Assembly: GCA_977017645.1 (NCBI GenBank)
Contig: OZ360247.1
Coordinates: 15,190,001-15,254,000 of the forward strand
Origin: Torpedo marmorata
Taxonomy: Eukaryota
DNA length: 64,000 nt
Reading direction: 5' to 3'
The position numbers were made by a program, and so were the translations under genes. Each line of letters begins with the position of its first letter. Within the stretch, counting starts at the first letter, position 1. Positions 51,801 through 58,730 of the stretch are shown piece after piece. A model generated the notes under the pieces. That model saw only the letters and a program-made list of their open reading frames with translations, did not search any database and had not been told where the DNA came from.

Positions 51801-54800
51801 TGACTCAAGCTCCAGGCGATATCTAATATCAAGAACTTCTTCCAAATGGTAATTCTGTGTGTGCGTTTCCAGGCAGGGAGGTGATTCATAGACAAGCCTC
51901 TCCTAACTGGCTGACCTAATCATCTTCCTGATAAATATCTGCCTTCCCTTGGGTGGTAATGAACAGTGAAGCTCTGGCTAGTTTTTAAACCCCATCCATT
52001 TTCATGGGACTCTTGAGATAAAATTGTAGCACATCTTCCAGGCATTTAAGTCTCGTTTCAGCTATTAGATTTTGTCCATCTGCTCTTTGGAACAGTTGTT
52101 TCAATTAAGTGATGTATTCTTCTCCTTTTGACGTCATTTCTGTCCTTTGAGGGAAATTGGAATGAAGCTTCTCGGGGCTCTACTACATAAATCCATTCAT
52201 GTATAAGTACACCTCTCCTGTGTTTCCCAGGTAGTGACTGTCCTCACTGGATGGTCCCTATTAGTATCTGCACCAGTGAAGATGTAAGCTGTGATAATAT
52301 GAAGGTGTTACTGGACCAGCCAGAGATGACTATCACTGTGAAGAATGTGAAACCGCATCAATGGATAAAGGTAGGTCACCAGAGGGCTTCAGAAGTAGTT
52401 TAGGGTATGTATTCTTTTGTATCTTTGAGTAAAACAGACTTTTTCTCTATCCTCTCGAGGTCTTTGCAAAAGAGCATGCAGTCAGGCAACGTGTCTCTTA
52501 GGGCTTTGCTAACATTGCTCTTTAATGAACTGCTTCGTGCACAGTGAAGTCAAAGTGACTAATCGAAAGCATCCTTTTTTGTCTAACACCCTTTCTAGTG
52601 TCTACTTGAAGACATTTCGATAAGATTAGAGGTTCTCTTTGTAAGGATTCTGTTTGTTTTTTTTAAAAAAAGTACCGGTATATATTTCATTGGAGCAGTG
52701 CATTTCAGTCTCAGTGCAGAGTACCACATGCATCAACAGACCATATCATCCTTGATATTTGCAACAAAAAAAAGCTGAATGTAGCCCTGGTACAAGAGGG
52801 AAGAGATCATTGCATTACTCTTGTGTTGGTTTCAGAATAGCTTTGACAGAGAGGGAAAAAAAACATGGTTCATCATTATCCAAGAAAGGGCAAGGTAAAA
52901 AGAAAAGTTTTTTGTTCAGAGTAACTGCCAGTTGTCCAAGATGGATCCTGATCTGTAATCTTTTATTTTGCAAATAATTTCCAGATGGAGATCATAGCAC
53001 ATTATTGAACTATTTCCATTTTCCAAAATGTGTACTAGCAGGTTGTTTGGAACAGTTTAAAAAAAAAAGTTTAAAAAAAAATATGAAACTAAAAGCCCTA
53101 GAAAAATAACAGGAAATGCTGGAAATGGACAGCAAGCCAGTCACCATCTGCAGAATGGAAGTGGGTAAAACCTCTTGGTTGTGTACCTTTCTTTAGATAT
53201 TCATGCCAAGGCAAGTTTTTTTTATTCTCGTTTTGTTTATGGTGTTCCATTGTTAATGTCCAGATTTATGAATTACAATTGAACCTTCAGGAAGGATTAG
53301 TGACGTAAAAAGGGAGAGATCTCTCTACCTTGCATTACCTTTAAGATGATAAAGTGCAGATTTTGGTGCAGGTTTAGAGTTCCACATGTTTGAGACCAGA
53401 CAAGTTTGACCTTCATATCACCAAACACTTCTTTCTTCATGCAGCAGCTCAGTAAATTTATTCCAGTGAGGCAACTCGATTTAACCAGCATAATTTTTAT
53501 TTGCATCACATTTTGGATTGAAACCTGTGATTCTGCCACTATTTGTCTGTCTCTTTGTAGTTACACATTTTTGTTTCTGATGGCCTGTGTCTTTCTCTGC
53601 TTGGATCCTCCCTGAACATGCTTTTGTCTTCCACATGCTTTTGTACTCTTTCTCATCGAGTAACTGATTCTTGCTTCTCTTTGTGATGCATCTGTGGCAC
53701 GTCTTAATTTGTCCTTGAAAATAAACAATGTACTCTCTTCAAAGCTCATTAATTCGCTCTGCCTCTGCTGCTAAATGATTTTTATTCTATAGTCCCTGTG
53801 CAGTTTAAACTCAGTTTAGATCCTAAAGTCTGTCAATTTTATGTGTGTGTTAAGGTACTTCACATTTGTTTCTTTGTATGAAATTTGGTGAAATGTTAAA
53901 TAGATTTGCTGATACTCACATTTGGGGAGTGGGAGGGCAGAGGGTTGCAGTCAAAGTGCTAGTTGATATGATGCTGTTGACTATTTTGGCATAAAATGAG
54001 GCCTTTTTTTAAACGTTCATTTTGATACATGATCATTAAATACTTGGCTGTAGGTTTCATTCCTTTAGGACGTGGATATGTTGGCAAAGCCAGCATTTAT
54101 TGCCCATTCCTAATTGAATTTGGGAATGTAGAAACAATGCTCTTTAAAACTATCATCACTTCACACCCATGGTAACTTAAAATGGAAGTTTGAACATTGT
54201 TATCGTGTCTTGAAACACTTTTTAAATTTCCTAATTGTGGTGTCAATGGTCTGCTGATAGTAAAATCACTTTCTGATGCATTTGGCGTAATTTGAACTAA
54301 AACTAGGGGAAAGTTAGGCAATTGGATATTTTGATAATTGTGAACATCTTCATTGCATACATTGTAGTAATGCTTAAATCCAAGTAGTACAAAATTAGGG
54401 GCAACAAATTCCTCAGCCTATCCAGTACCCCATCCTGTTTAGTTGATCCGTTTGCCATCTGGACTACTATCATTCCTTGTACCTCGGGAGGAAAAATATG
54501 GCTTTCTTCAAACTCTCCTTCCCTTCCTCAAAGCAGCTAATCGTCTAGTATATTGACGAGCTATTCGTTTGTATTTCACTGCTGTATTTGTCCGCATTAA
54601 CAGGTGTTTTCATGCTTGTTTTAAACCCAACAAATAACGCTTATCTGTGTATGAATCAGAATTCTGCCCAATTTGATAATTTTAAAAAAACATTAGAATG
54701 GTGAAAACAAACCTCACACCAAGTATCTGCAATTCACGCCTGTGATTACCACCCATTTTCTGCTCAGATCTCCCTAATTCTCAAACTAGCATGGTTCAAG

Positions 54801-57679
54801 AGATGTAGTTTGCATTGCTTAGTTTCCAAAAGTACCAGCCTGTTTAGGTTTGCACATTTGTGAACAATCCACTAAATGTAAATCATCAATTAAATCTTCA
54901 GTACACCAGGGCTGAAGAAACTCAGCAGGTCATGCAACATCTATGAGAAACAAAAGGCAGTCGGTGTTTCGGGCATGAAGGCAAATGCAGTGTTGGCATT
55001 CATATTCAGGGGAATAGGATACAAGAGCAGGGATGTGATTTTGAGGCACTGATGAGGCCTCACTTGGAGTACGAGGTACAGTTTTGGGCTCCTTATTTAA
55101 GAAAGGATTCAATTCAATTTCAATTTATTGTCATATAATATGACACGGTTTTATTACTATGAAATTTCTTTTTGCCTGCTGCAAGGCAGACAGTTTCGCC
55201 ACCGGCAGAAATTGCCTAAGCGCCTCTAACATTCCTTCCAGTCAGAGAAAGGGAAGCAAAAGAGAGTCCTCCCAGAGTCACCAGTGTCCGTAGATTCACC
55301 TCCAGCGCTTCCGCAGCCACTGAGTCCCACAGATAGGCTGGCATTGGAGAGGGTTTGGAGAAGATTCACAAAAATGATTCCTGGAATGAGGGATTAGTAT
55401 GAGGAACGTTTGACACCTCTTGGCCTGTACTCTTTGGAGTTCAGAAGAACGAGGGGGGACCTCATTGAAGCATTTCAAATGTTGAAAGGCCTGGACAGAG
55501 TAGATGTGTCACAGTTATTTCCCATGGTAGGGGAGTCAAGGATAAGAGGGCACAACTTCAGGATTGAAGGGCGCCCATTTAAAACAGAGATATTTCTTTA
55601 GCAAGAGAGTGGTGAGTCTCTGGAATTTGCTACCACGGGCAGCTGTGGAGGCCAGGTCGTGGTGTGTATTTAAGGAAGAGATTGATTGGTATCTGAATAG
55701 TCAGGATATCAATGGTTATGGGAAGAAGGCGGGAGTGGGGCTGAGTGGGAGAATAATGGATAAGCTCATGATGGAATGGCAGAGTGGACTCGATGGGCCG
55801 AATAGCCTATTTCTACTCTTTTTTAGACATACAGCATGGTAACAGGCCCTTTTGGCCCACAAGCCCGTGCTGCCCAATTACACCCAATTAACCTACAACC
55901 CTGGTGTATGTTTTGAAGGGTGGGAGTAAACGGGAGTGCCCAGAGGAAACCCTCCCAGACATGGGGAGAACCTACAAACTCCTTACAGATAGTGCCATTC
56001 GAACCCTGGTCGCTGGCGCTGTAACAGCATTGTGTTAACCGCTATGCTAACTGCCGCCCTAATAAACCTATCTTAATGTCTTGTGAGCTCAACTGCCTGT
56101 TGCTTTCTATGGATGCTGCATGACATGCTGAGTTTCTCCAGCACTTTTGTATGATGCACTCGACCCCAGCAACTGCAGATTTCTTATTTACACAATTAAT
56201 TTAACCTGACAGTCTATGATATTTTTACTTATAAATTAGAGGATGAAGGAAACAGATGGCTCAGCGCATTGCTGTACTAATGTTGGTTTTCATTTTGAGA
56301 TTCTGTTAAATCTATAATATGTAGCGATACAGTTCTAATGAACCGATCAATTCTGTTGAAATGCAGTGGGATGTTTTTACAAATTGTCGTAGTCTAATCT
56401 TTGGACTAACTTTTAGGGTCAGAATTTCCTATTCCACATTCTCACCGTTAATTGAGGCAGCTGTGAATAATGAGAATTCCTAGTAGAGAACGTTATTTTC
56501 TGCTTTTCCTTGTGAATGACTTTATGAAAGGTGGGCAGAATGAGTGGTTATGTTCCTGTTACAACAAGAATGCTGGTGGTCAGATTCTGATGCTTTTAAC
56601 GTTGAAGCTCTGAGCCCACCACTGGACAATGAAAGATATTGATTTGGTGCTGTTTTCAACTGGTCTTTCTGGGCAGTGCCTCAGTTATACACACACCAGT
56701 TCTTCCAAAACAGCAGTTCATGGATTAAAAACTCAGTAGAACCTCTCCCTTCATGACATTTCAAAGTTTGGAGCTGAAGTATCAACACAAGGTGGTGACC
56801 ATTGCATTGCACCAGAGTATCAGGTCCAATAGTTCTGTGGCAGCTTTCCATGCAATGTTAACGGGTTGACATTTTCCACAACACAAGAAAATAACGAGCA
56901 GGGATAGGCCATTAGGCCCTTCAAGCCTGTCCCATCATTTCGATGCTGGCTTCAGGTCCACTTCTGTGCCATTTCTCCATACCCTTTCATTACTCCATGT
57001 CTCAAATAATTATCCATCTCCACTTTAAATACTTCTAATGGTCCAGCTTCCACTTCCCACCGGGGACCGAGTTCCAGAGGTTCACCACCCTCTGCAAGAA
57101 GTTGTTCGACTTGCTTCAGTTTTCAATGAGAAGCCTCTTATTTGGGGTTATGTCTACTTGTGTGAGACTCTACCACTGATGTAAACACTGAAAGAGAGTT
57201 CAACAGTATATATGTCTGCTATACTGACTGTGGCCATTAATGTAAACCAACCTAAAATAAAAACAGTGCTAGAAGTGCACAGCAGGTCATGCAACGTTTG
57301 TGGTGAGAGAAAAAATATATATTTGAGAATTGCAACATTTCTCACCATGAATATTTTTAGCATTTTCTGCTTTTTTGCTTAAGATTACCAAGATCAACAG
57401 TACTTTTCTTTAAAAATCCATCTTCCGATCAGGTTTAATTTCAAAGAATAATGAAAATCGATGTTTGGGTAAATTAAATACGTTCGTTAAAGCTCTATAA
57501 GGATGCATGTTAAACATTCCTCTGTACTTTTGTTTAATCTTCAGTTGAATCCTGGAACAGTGGGCTTCTGTCGAATTCAGTACAGTCCGACAATGCTCGA
57601 GAGTTTATTATCCAGTGTCCGGAACCTTGCACTTCCTCCTGCAGACCGACTAGGGCTTCAAAATGATTTGTTTTCACTG
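773..57679 (+). CDS. NPEPPS: Puromycin-sensitive aminopeptidase (M1 zinc metallopeptidase), internal 12 exons: join(773..880,12993..13193,15311..15407,16115..16148,21029..21143,28316..28480,33224..33328,36494..36554,40050..40159,45321..45384,52231..52370,57545..57679); partial at both ends
   Basis: All exons are bounded by AG/GT with compatible phases; total 1335 nt = 445 codons with no stop. Motifs: [53 protein letters not shown] (HExxH-x18-E), [29 protein letters not shown]. These match NPEPPS as I recall it. Confidence 0.97.
3331..4586. mobile_element. Tc2/pogo-like (Tc1-mariner superfamily) non-autonomous MITE
   Basis: 27-bp TIRs CCGTATATTTCGGC(A/G)TATAAGTCGACC with 1 mismatch; TA TSD at 3329-30 and 4587-88; several subterminal copies of GGCGTATAAGTCGACC at both ends. 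Confidence 0.9.
3635..4310. repeat. 27-bp GC-rich minisatellite, about 25 units (CTCGTTCTCCCGAGCAGGAGCGGGGAG), inside the MITE
   Basis: Tandem units counted directly; they give the 9-aa SSPLL(L/P)GRT periodicity on the minus strand. Confidence 0.95.
5046..5296 (+). mobile_element. tRNA-derived V-SINE (HE1-like)
   Basis: A box TAGCGTAGCGG, B-box-like GGTTTGAATCC, V-domain GGAGTTTGCACGTTCTCC...GGTTTCCTCCCAC, CR1-like tail GGGCCGAAAGGGCCTGTT, AT-rich end. Confidence 0.88.
6307..7165. mobile_element. Second Tc2/pogo-like MITE with a CpG-rich interior
   Basis: TIRs CTGTATTTGACAGCATATAGGACCC vs CTATATTTGACAGCATATAAGACCC (2 mismatches); TA on the left, TG on the right; subterminal GCGTATAAGAC like the 3331 element. 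Confidence 0.8.
7307..7918. mobile_element. Tigger/pogo-like MITE with a V-SINE fragment (about 7521-7593, minus) inside
   Basis: TA|CAGTAAAATCC...GGGGACTTTGATG|TA; shares gcaccta(c/t)ggg and ggttgcttgaattccggata with the 62393 copy. Confidence 0.7.
8322..8505. mobile_element. piggyBac-like MITE
   Basis: TIR C(G)CTTTGGACTCC / GGAGTCCAAAGGG; TTAA on the right, GTAA on the left. Confidence 0.65.
8700..9150 (-). mobile_element. CR1-type LINE 3' fragment, interrupted by a + strand Rex-type tail fragment (about 8805-8910)
   Basis: gaacagtacaggaacaggcccttc is the reverse complement of the CR1/HER1-type 3' end; the insert ends tattacatgataataaaggaactttgaa. Confidence 0.55.
9315..11950 (+). mobile_element. 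Young 5'-truncated Rex1/Babar-type LINE with an uninterrupted APE endonuclease-reverse transcriptase frame (to 11802)
   Basis: APE motifs TETWL, GGGV, VYIPP, GDFN, LDHCY, SDH; RT motifs [38 protein letters not shown]. 3' UTR has AATAAA and a (TTCTGA)n tail; TSD GTTAGT at 9309-14 and 11951-56. Confidence 0.93.
12080..12307 (+). mobile_element. 3' fragment of a related Rex1-type LINE
   Basis: ttcccttccgccatcagatttctgaac...ttcatgattataaacctgattctga parallels the 3' end of the 9315 element. Confidence 0.75.
12993..13193 (+). CDS. NPEPPS: NPEPPS exon (201 nt): [39 protein letters not shown]...GKFALE
   Basis: Acceptor gttacag, donor GAG|gttgtt; [12 protein letters not shown]1 motif. Confidence 0.95.
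13900..14335 (-). mobile_element. Old Rex1-type LINE 3' fragment
   Basis: Minus-strand peptide [13 protein letters not shown]...[20 protein letters not shown]. Confidence 0.75.
15311..15407 (+). CDS. NPEPPS: NPEPPS exon (97 nt): [32 protein letters not shown](G)
   Basis: Long pyrimidine tract ending ccgttag, donor CAG|gttgtt; [10 protein letters not shown] motif. Absent from the ORF track. Confidence 0.95.
16115..16148 (+). CDS. NPEPPS: NPEPPS exon (34 nt): (G)[10 protein letters not shown](R), GAMEN exopeptidase motif
   Basis: tttttattcacag|GTGCCATGGAAAATTGGGGTCTTGTAACCTACAG|gtattt. Confidence 0.95.
16690..18130 (-). mobile_element. Highly degraded LINE remnants (CR1/L2-like)
   Basis: ccagcatttattgtcaatctgtagtttgcc end motif, also seen near 54090 (ccagcatttattgcccattcctaattg); no long ORF. 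Confidence 0.35.
17342..17596 (+). mobile_element. tRNA-derived V-SINE (HE1-like)
   Basis: Perfect B box GGTTCGAATCC, V-domain and tail as in the 5046 copy. Confidence 0.88.
18760..19360 (+). mobile_element. Degraded CR1 LINE 3' region
   Basis: Encodes the remnant [14 protein letters not shown] and [10 protein letters not shown] typical of the CR1 ORF2 C-terminus. Confidence 0.7.
19385..19950 (-). mobile_element. L1-clade LINE ORF2 C-terminal fragment
   Basis: Peptide [14 protein letters not shown]...[18 protein letters not shown] (CCHC zinc knuckle)...[10 protein letters not shown]. Confidence 0.8.
20422..20640. mobile_element. Palindromic Penelope-end element
   Basis: About 70-bp inverted arms (cagcaggtcatgcagcatccataggaagt / acttcctgtggatgctgcgtggcctgctg) around a degenerate ctgagga-agggcccaggcc-aaaa motif. 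Confidence 0.7.
21029..21143 (+). CDS. NPEPPS: NPEPPS exon (115 nt): [38 protein letters not shown], zinc-binding HExxH
   Basis: Acceptor ttcttttctccag, donor ATG|gtaata; HELAH motif. Confidence 0.97.
21910..22238. mobile_element. Inverted pair of Penelope-like termini (about 135-bp arms, 19-nt spacer)
   Basis: 21948-22083 is a near-perfect reverse complement of 22103-22238; each arm carries a decayed hammerhead-like motif. Confidence 0.8.
23377..24474 (+). mobile_element. Older truncated Rex1-type LINE, same lineage as 9315
   Basis: RT remnant [32 protein letters not shown]; internal deletion and stop; tail gacaataaattctgactctga. Confidence 0.88.
24735..25148 (+). mobile_element. Penelope-like element 3' end (GIY-YIG C-terminus remnant, pyrimidine-rich UTR, terminal motif)
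   Basis: aaattggaagaacac...tttcatctcagcagtctccaaccagat reads [13 protein letters not shown], as in PLE endonuclease C-termini; then a C/T-rich tract, cctgaagga...cctgaaacatc and gatgctgcatgac. Confidence 0.72.
25977..28150 (-). mobile_element. Second Rex1/Babar-type LINE family, 5'-truncated and frameshifted
   Basis: Minus ORFs with [32 protein letters not shown]; 3' end gacaaataaaggtgacttgac shared with the 47865 and 62706 copies. Confidence 0.92.
28316..28480 (+). CDS. NPEPPS: NPEPPS exon (165 nt): [34 protein letters not shown]...SSHPIE
   Basis: Acceptor attgtag, donor GAG|gtaagg; third zinc ligand Glu in LNEGFA. Confidence 0.96.
28505..28740 (-). mobile_element. 5S rRNA-derived SINE (SINE3 type)
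   Basis: Minus strand GTCTGATCTCGGAAGCTAAGCAGG...CTGGTCAGTACTTGGAGGGGAGATCGCCTAGGAACACCAGTTGCTGGAGGTTT matches vertebrate 5S rRNA (box A, IE, box C); followed by a non-5S body and a GACAATAATGGAAC tail. Confidence 0.85.
29154..29973 (+). mobile_element. Solo LTR (Gypsy-like)
   Basis: TGTTA...TAACA termini, 4-bp TSD CCTG (29150-53, 29974-77), AATAAA near the 3' end. Confidence 0.85.
31018..31670 (+). mobile_element. Second solo LTR of the same family (diverged, shorter)
   Basis: Starts TGTTATGGACCATG and ends GTTGCTGGTTTGAGTTGTAACA like the 29154 copy; TSD imperfect. Confidence 0.8.
32140..32910 (+). mobile_element. Degraded CR1 3' fragment containing an internally deleted V-SINE (about 32579-32775)
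   Basis: gggccatatttgcaatattgtgtgcagttc CR1 motif; SINE V-domain and tail present. Confidence 0.65.
33224..33328 (+). CDS. NPEPPS: NPEPPS exon (105 nt): [35 protein letters not shown]
   Basis: Acceptor ttttttaataaag (AAG type), donor GCG|gtaagg; catalytic Tyr in ISYSKG. Confidence 0.95.
33625..34030 (+). mobile_element. Ancient Deu-domain SINE (SacSINE1/AmnSINE-like)
   Basis: aaaacagatgatctagtccttatctcagtgttg...gagcttattgcacacaaattggctgtcatgtttcc resembles the DeuSINE consensus as recalled; related pieces at about 32925-33065 and 62230-62390. Confidence 0.55.
36494..36554 (+). CDS. NPEPPS: NPEPPS exon (61 nt): [20 protein letters not shown](E)
   Basis: Acceptor ctctttacag, donor CAG|gtaagc; phase fits both neighbours. 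Confidence 0.93.
36600..36950 (-). mobile_element. Penelope-like element fragment (RT C-terminal region plus purine-rich tract)
   Basis: Minus strand reads, across frameshifts, [15 protein letters not shown] and [21 protein letters not shown], matching the PLE RT motif YxKPTD...PxSQxLRxxRICS. Confidence 0.75.
36960..37670 (-). mobile_element. CR1/HER1-type LINE 3' fragment hosting the hAT composite
   Basis: cagcatggaaacaaccctt...ccatatccctctaaac|ctttcctatccatgtacctgtc is continuous once the insert is removed. Confidence 0.7.
37059..37434. mobile_element. hAT (Charlie-like) composite MITE: two about 130-bp palindromic units around a 112-bp spacer
   Basis: TIR CAGTGGTTTTCAAAC at both outer ends; perfect 8-bp TSD CTCTAAAC (37051-58, 37435-42); units at 37059-37190 and 37303-37434. 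Confidence 0.92.
40050..40159 (+). CDS. NPEPPS: NPEPPS exon (110 nt): (E)[36 protein letters not shown]
   Basis: Acceptor ttttttctctacag, donor CAG|gtaggt; WTKQMGFP motif. Confidence 0.95.
40290..41460. mobile_element. Mosaic of CR1 LINE fragments in both orientations
   Basis: CR1 5'/EN-like pieces on +; a minus-strand 3' end (ataagaacacaagaaatgggagcag...) at about 40470-40900. Confidence 0.55.
41486..41630 (+). mobile_element. Penelope-end element, sense orientation
   Basis: ataccttgatgaagggctcaagcccaaaacgtcggtt...gacctgctgagtttctccagc; flanked by a taaataaata duplication. Confidence 0.75.
42024..42718 (-). mobile_element. Penelope-like 3' fragment with an inverted terminus, interrupted by a V-SINE (42411-42666, +)
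   Basis: Minus strand has a FSNFR* ORF end, pyrimidine tract and hammerhead-like motif; 15-nt TSD ac(g/a)gt(g/c)tcactagtg at 42009-23 and 42719-33. Confidence 0.78.
42734..45000 (-). mobile_element. Long degraded CR1 LINE with a V-SINE fragment (about 43451-43622, +)
   Basis: CR1-like pieces (gaccctggcacgagggaggcaaca, tccccttcccaattcgggtgc); no intact ORF. Confidence 0.55.
45321..45384 (+). CDS. NPEPPS: NPEPPS exon (64 nt): [21 protein letters not shown](G)
   Basis: Acceptor ttctttttcag, donor GTG|gtaaga; SQKKFCASG motif. Confidence 0.93.
46350..46460 (-). mobile_element. Penelope-end element
   Basis: gtaaaaacacaatgctggagaaattcagcaggtcaaa...ttcgggcctgagcacttcatcaagg; same family as 21910 and 57718. 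Confidence 0.72.
47865..48930 (-). mobile_element. Rex1-type LINE family B, 5'-truncated, inserted in CR1 remnants
   Basis: 294-aa ORF 48002-48886 with [26 protein letters not shown]; 3' UTR nearly identical to the 25977 copy. Confidence 0.92.
49184..49350 (-). mobile_element. Diverged V-SINE
   Basis: gtgggaggaaacaggagcacctggaggaaatccac...gggagaacaagcaaactcc; a similar diverged copy lies at about 50855-51160. Confidence 0.7.
50619..50662 (-). mobile_element. 44-bp extreme 3' end of the young Rex1 family
   Basis: Reverse complement is identical to 11903-11946 (accgaatttcatgacttgttcatgacaataaattctgattctga). Confidence 0.8.
52231..52370 (+). CDS. NPEPPS: NPEPPS exon (140 nt): (G)[17 protein letters not shown]...[10 protein letters not shown]
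   Basis: Acceptor tgtttcccag, donor AAG|gtaggt; WMVPI and QWIK motifs. Confidence 0.94.
54980..55820 (+). mobile_element. CR1 LINE 3' portion, interrupted by a minus-strand non-autonomous retroelement fragment (55108-55331)
   Basis: Peptide [29 protein letters not shown]...[10 protein letters not shown] and [14 protein letters not shown]. Confidence 0.85.
55822..56060 (-). mobile_element. tRNA-derived V-SINE
   Basis: Reverse complement of the 5046/17342 consensus. Confidence 0.85.
56885..57180 (-). mobile_element. CR1 3' fragment
   Basis: aagaaaataacgagcagggataggccattaggcccttcaagcctg end motif; similar pieces at about 1003-1500, 24480-24700 and 47105-47250. Confidence 0.55.
57545..57679 (+). 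CDS. NPEPPS: NPEPPS exon (135 nt): [22 protein letters not shown]...[12 protein letters not shown]
   Basis: Acceptor aatcttcag, donor CTG|gtaagt. Confidence 0.95.
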
Positions 57680-57717
57680 GTAAGTCGGGGGGTGGGGGAT
57701 AATGGATTAATTATTAA

Positions 57718-57875
57718 AGTAAAACACGACAGTCTGCAGACACCGTGATTGAAATAAAAACGATGCTGGAGAAACTCAGCAGGTCAAACAGTGTACTTTA
57801 TGTAGCAAAGATAAAGATTCATAACCAACGTTTCGGGCTTCAGCCCTTCATCAAGGTATGAACAAAATGTGGGCA
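57718..57875 (-). mobile_element. Penelope-end element with the best-preserved hammerhead-like motif (57818-57862)
   Basis: Minus strand: ttcatacc-TTGATGA-a-gggct-ga-agccc-GAAAC-GTT-ggttatgaa. Confidence 0.78.
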
Positions 57876-57955
57876 AAACCTTTTGAAGCATTGTAAGATG
57901 TCTGTAAATCATCTCAGTTATTGCGGAATTCCAAATGTCTTCAAGTAAACTCTTG

Positions 57956-58730
57956 TTCAAGATGTTCAAGATTCAATTTATTGTCATAGTAATAAGACAG
58001 TGTCATATTCCATGAAATTTCTTTTTGCCTGCTGCAAGGCAGACAGATTCGCCACCGGCAGAAATTGCCTAAGTGCCTCTAACATTCCTTACAGTCAGAA
58101 AAAGAGAAGCAAAAGAGTAACCGAGTGTCCATAGATTCACCTCCATCGCTTCTGCAGCCACACAGAGTCCAGTCCAAACCATCGGCAACCCAAGCTCCAG
58201 ATCCGAACCTCCAACACGGTCAGGTCGCCCTCGCATCCCGGTTCCGATACCTGGTATTCCTCCAGCCAGTTCGAGCCAGCCTCCAGCAGTCCGCGTGAGT
58301 CCCCCGACAGCAGTCTCCAGCAGCCCACAGCCTCCGCGGGTTCCTCGCCTTGAGTCGCCAGCAGCCCGCCGCATGCACTGGTCCTTCAGCCTCAGAGCCC
58401 CTCACTGGTCTGCCGCCGTGGTCACCGTCCCGTGGGTCGTTTCCTCCACTTCTCCTTCTCAGATGGGGGGTGATCTTCCCGTCCTCTGGTGCCCTGCTCC
58501 AGTCCTCCGCTTCCCCAGAGTCTGCAGCCCCTCATGGCTGCTGCCGGTTAAAAGGCGCTGCCATCTTTGGCGCAGACCCCGTGGTCGCGGGATCTTAAAT
58601 AAAACCACCGTCGGCTCCTTTAACGGGCCGTTCAAAGCCCGTGCGGAACCGACGACAGTAGACTGGGCGGCTGGACCCCGCGGGAGCGCTGTATCTCCGC
58701 TCCCCGCGGGTCCGCACCAGCGCCGCCATT
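57956..58730 (-). mobile_element. About 775-bp non-coding, non-autonomous retroelement with a GC-rich 5' end and a Rex-type tail
   Basis: Minus 5' end AATGGCGGCG (YY1-like); tail atgacaataaattgaatcttgaac; the 3' 230 nt are homologous to 55108-55331. Confidence 0.72.
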
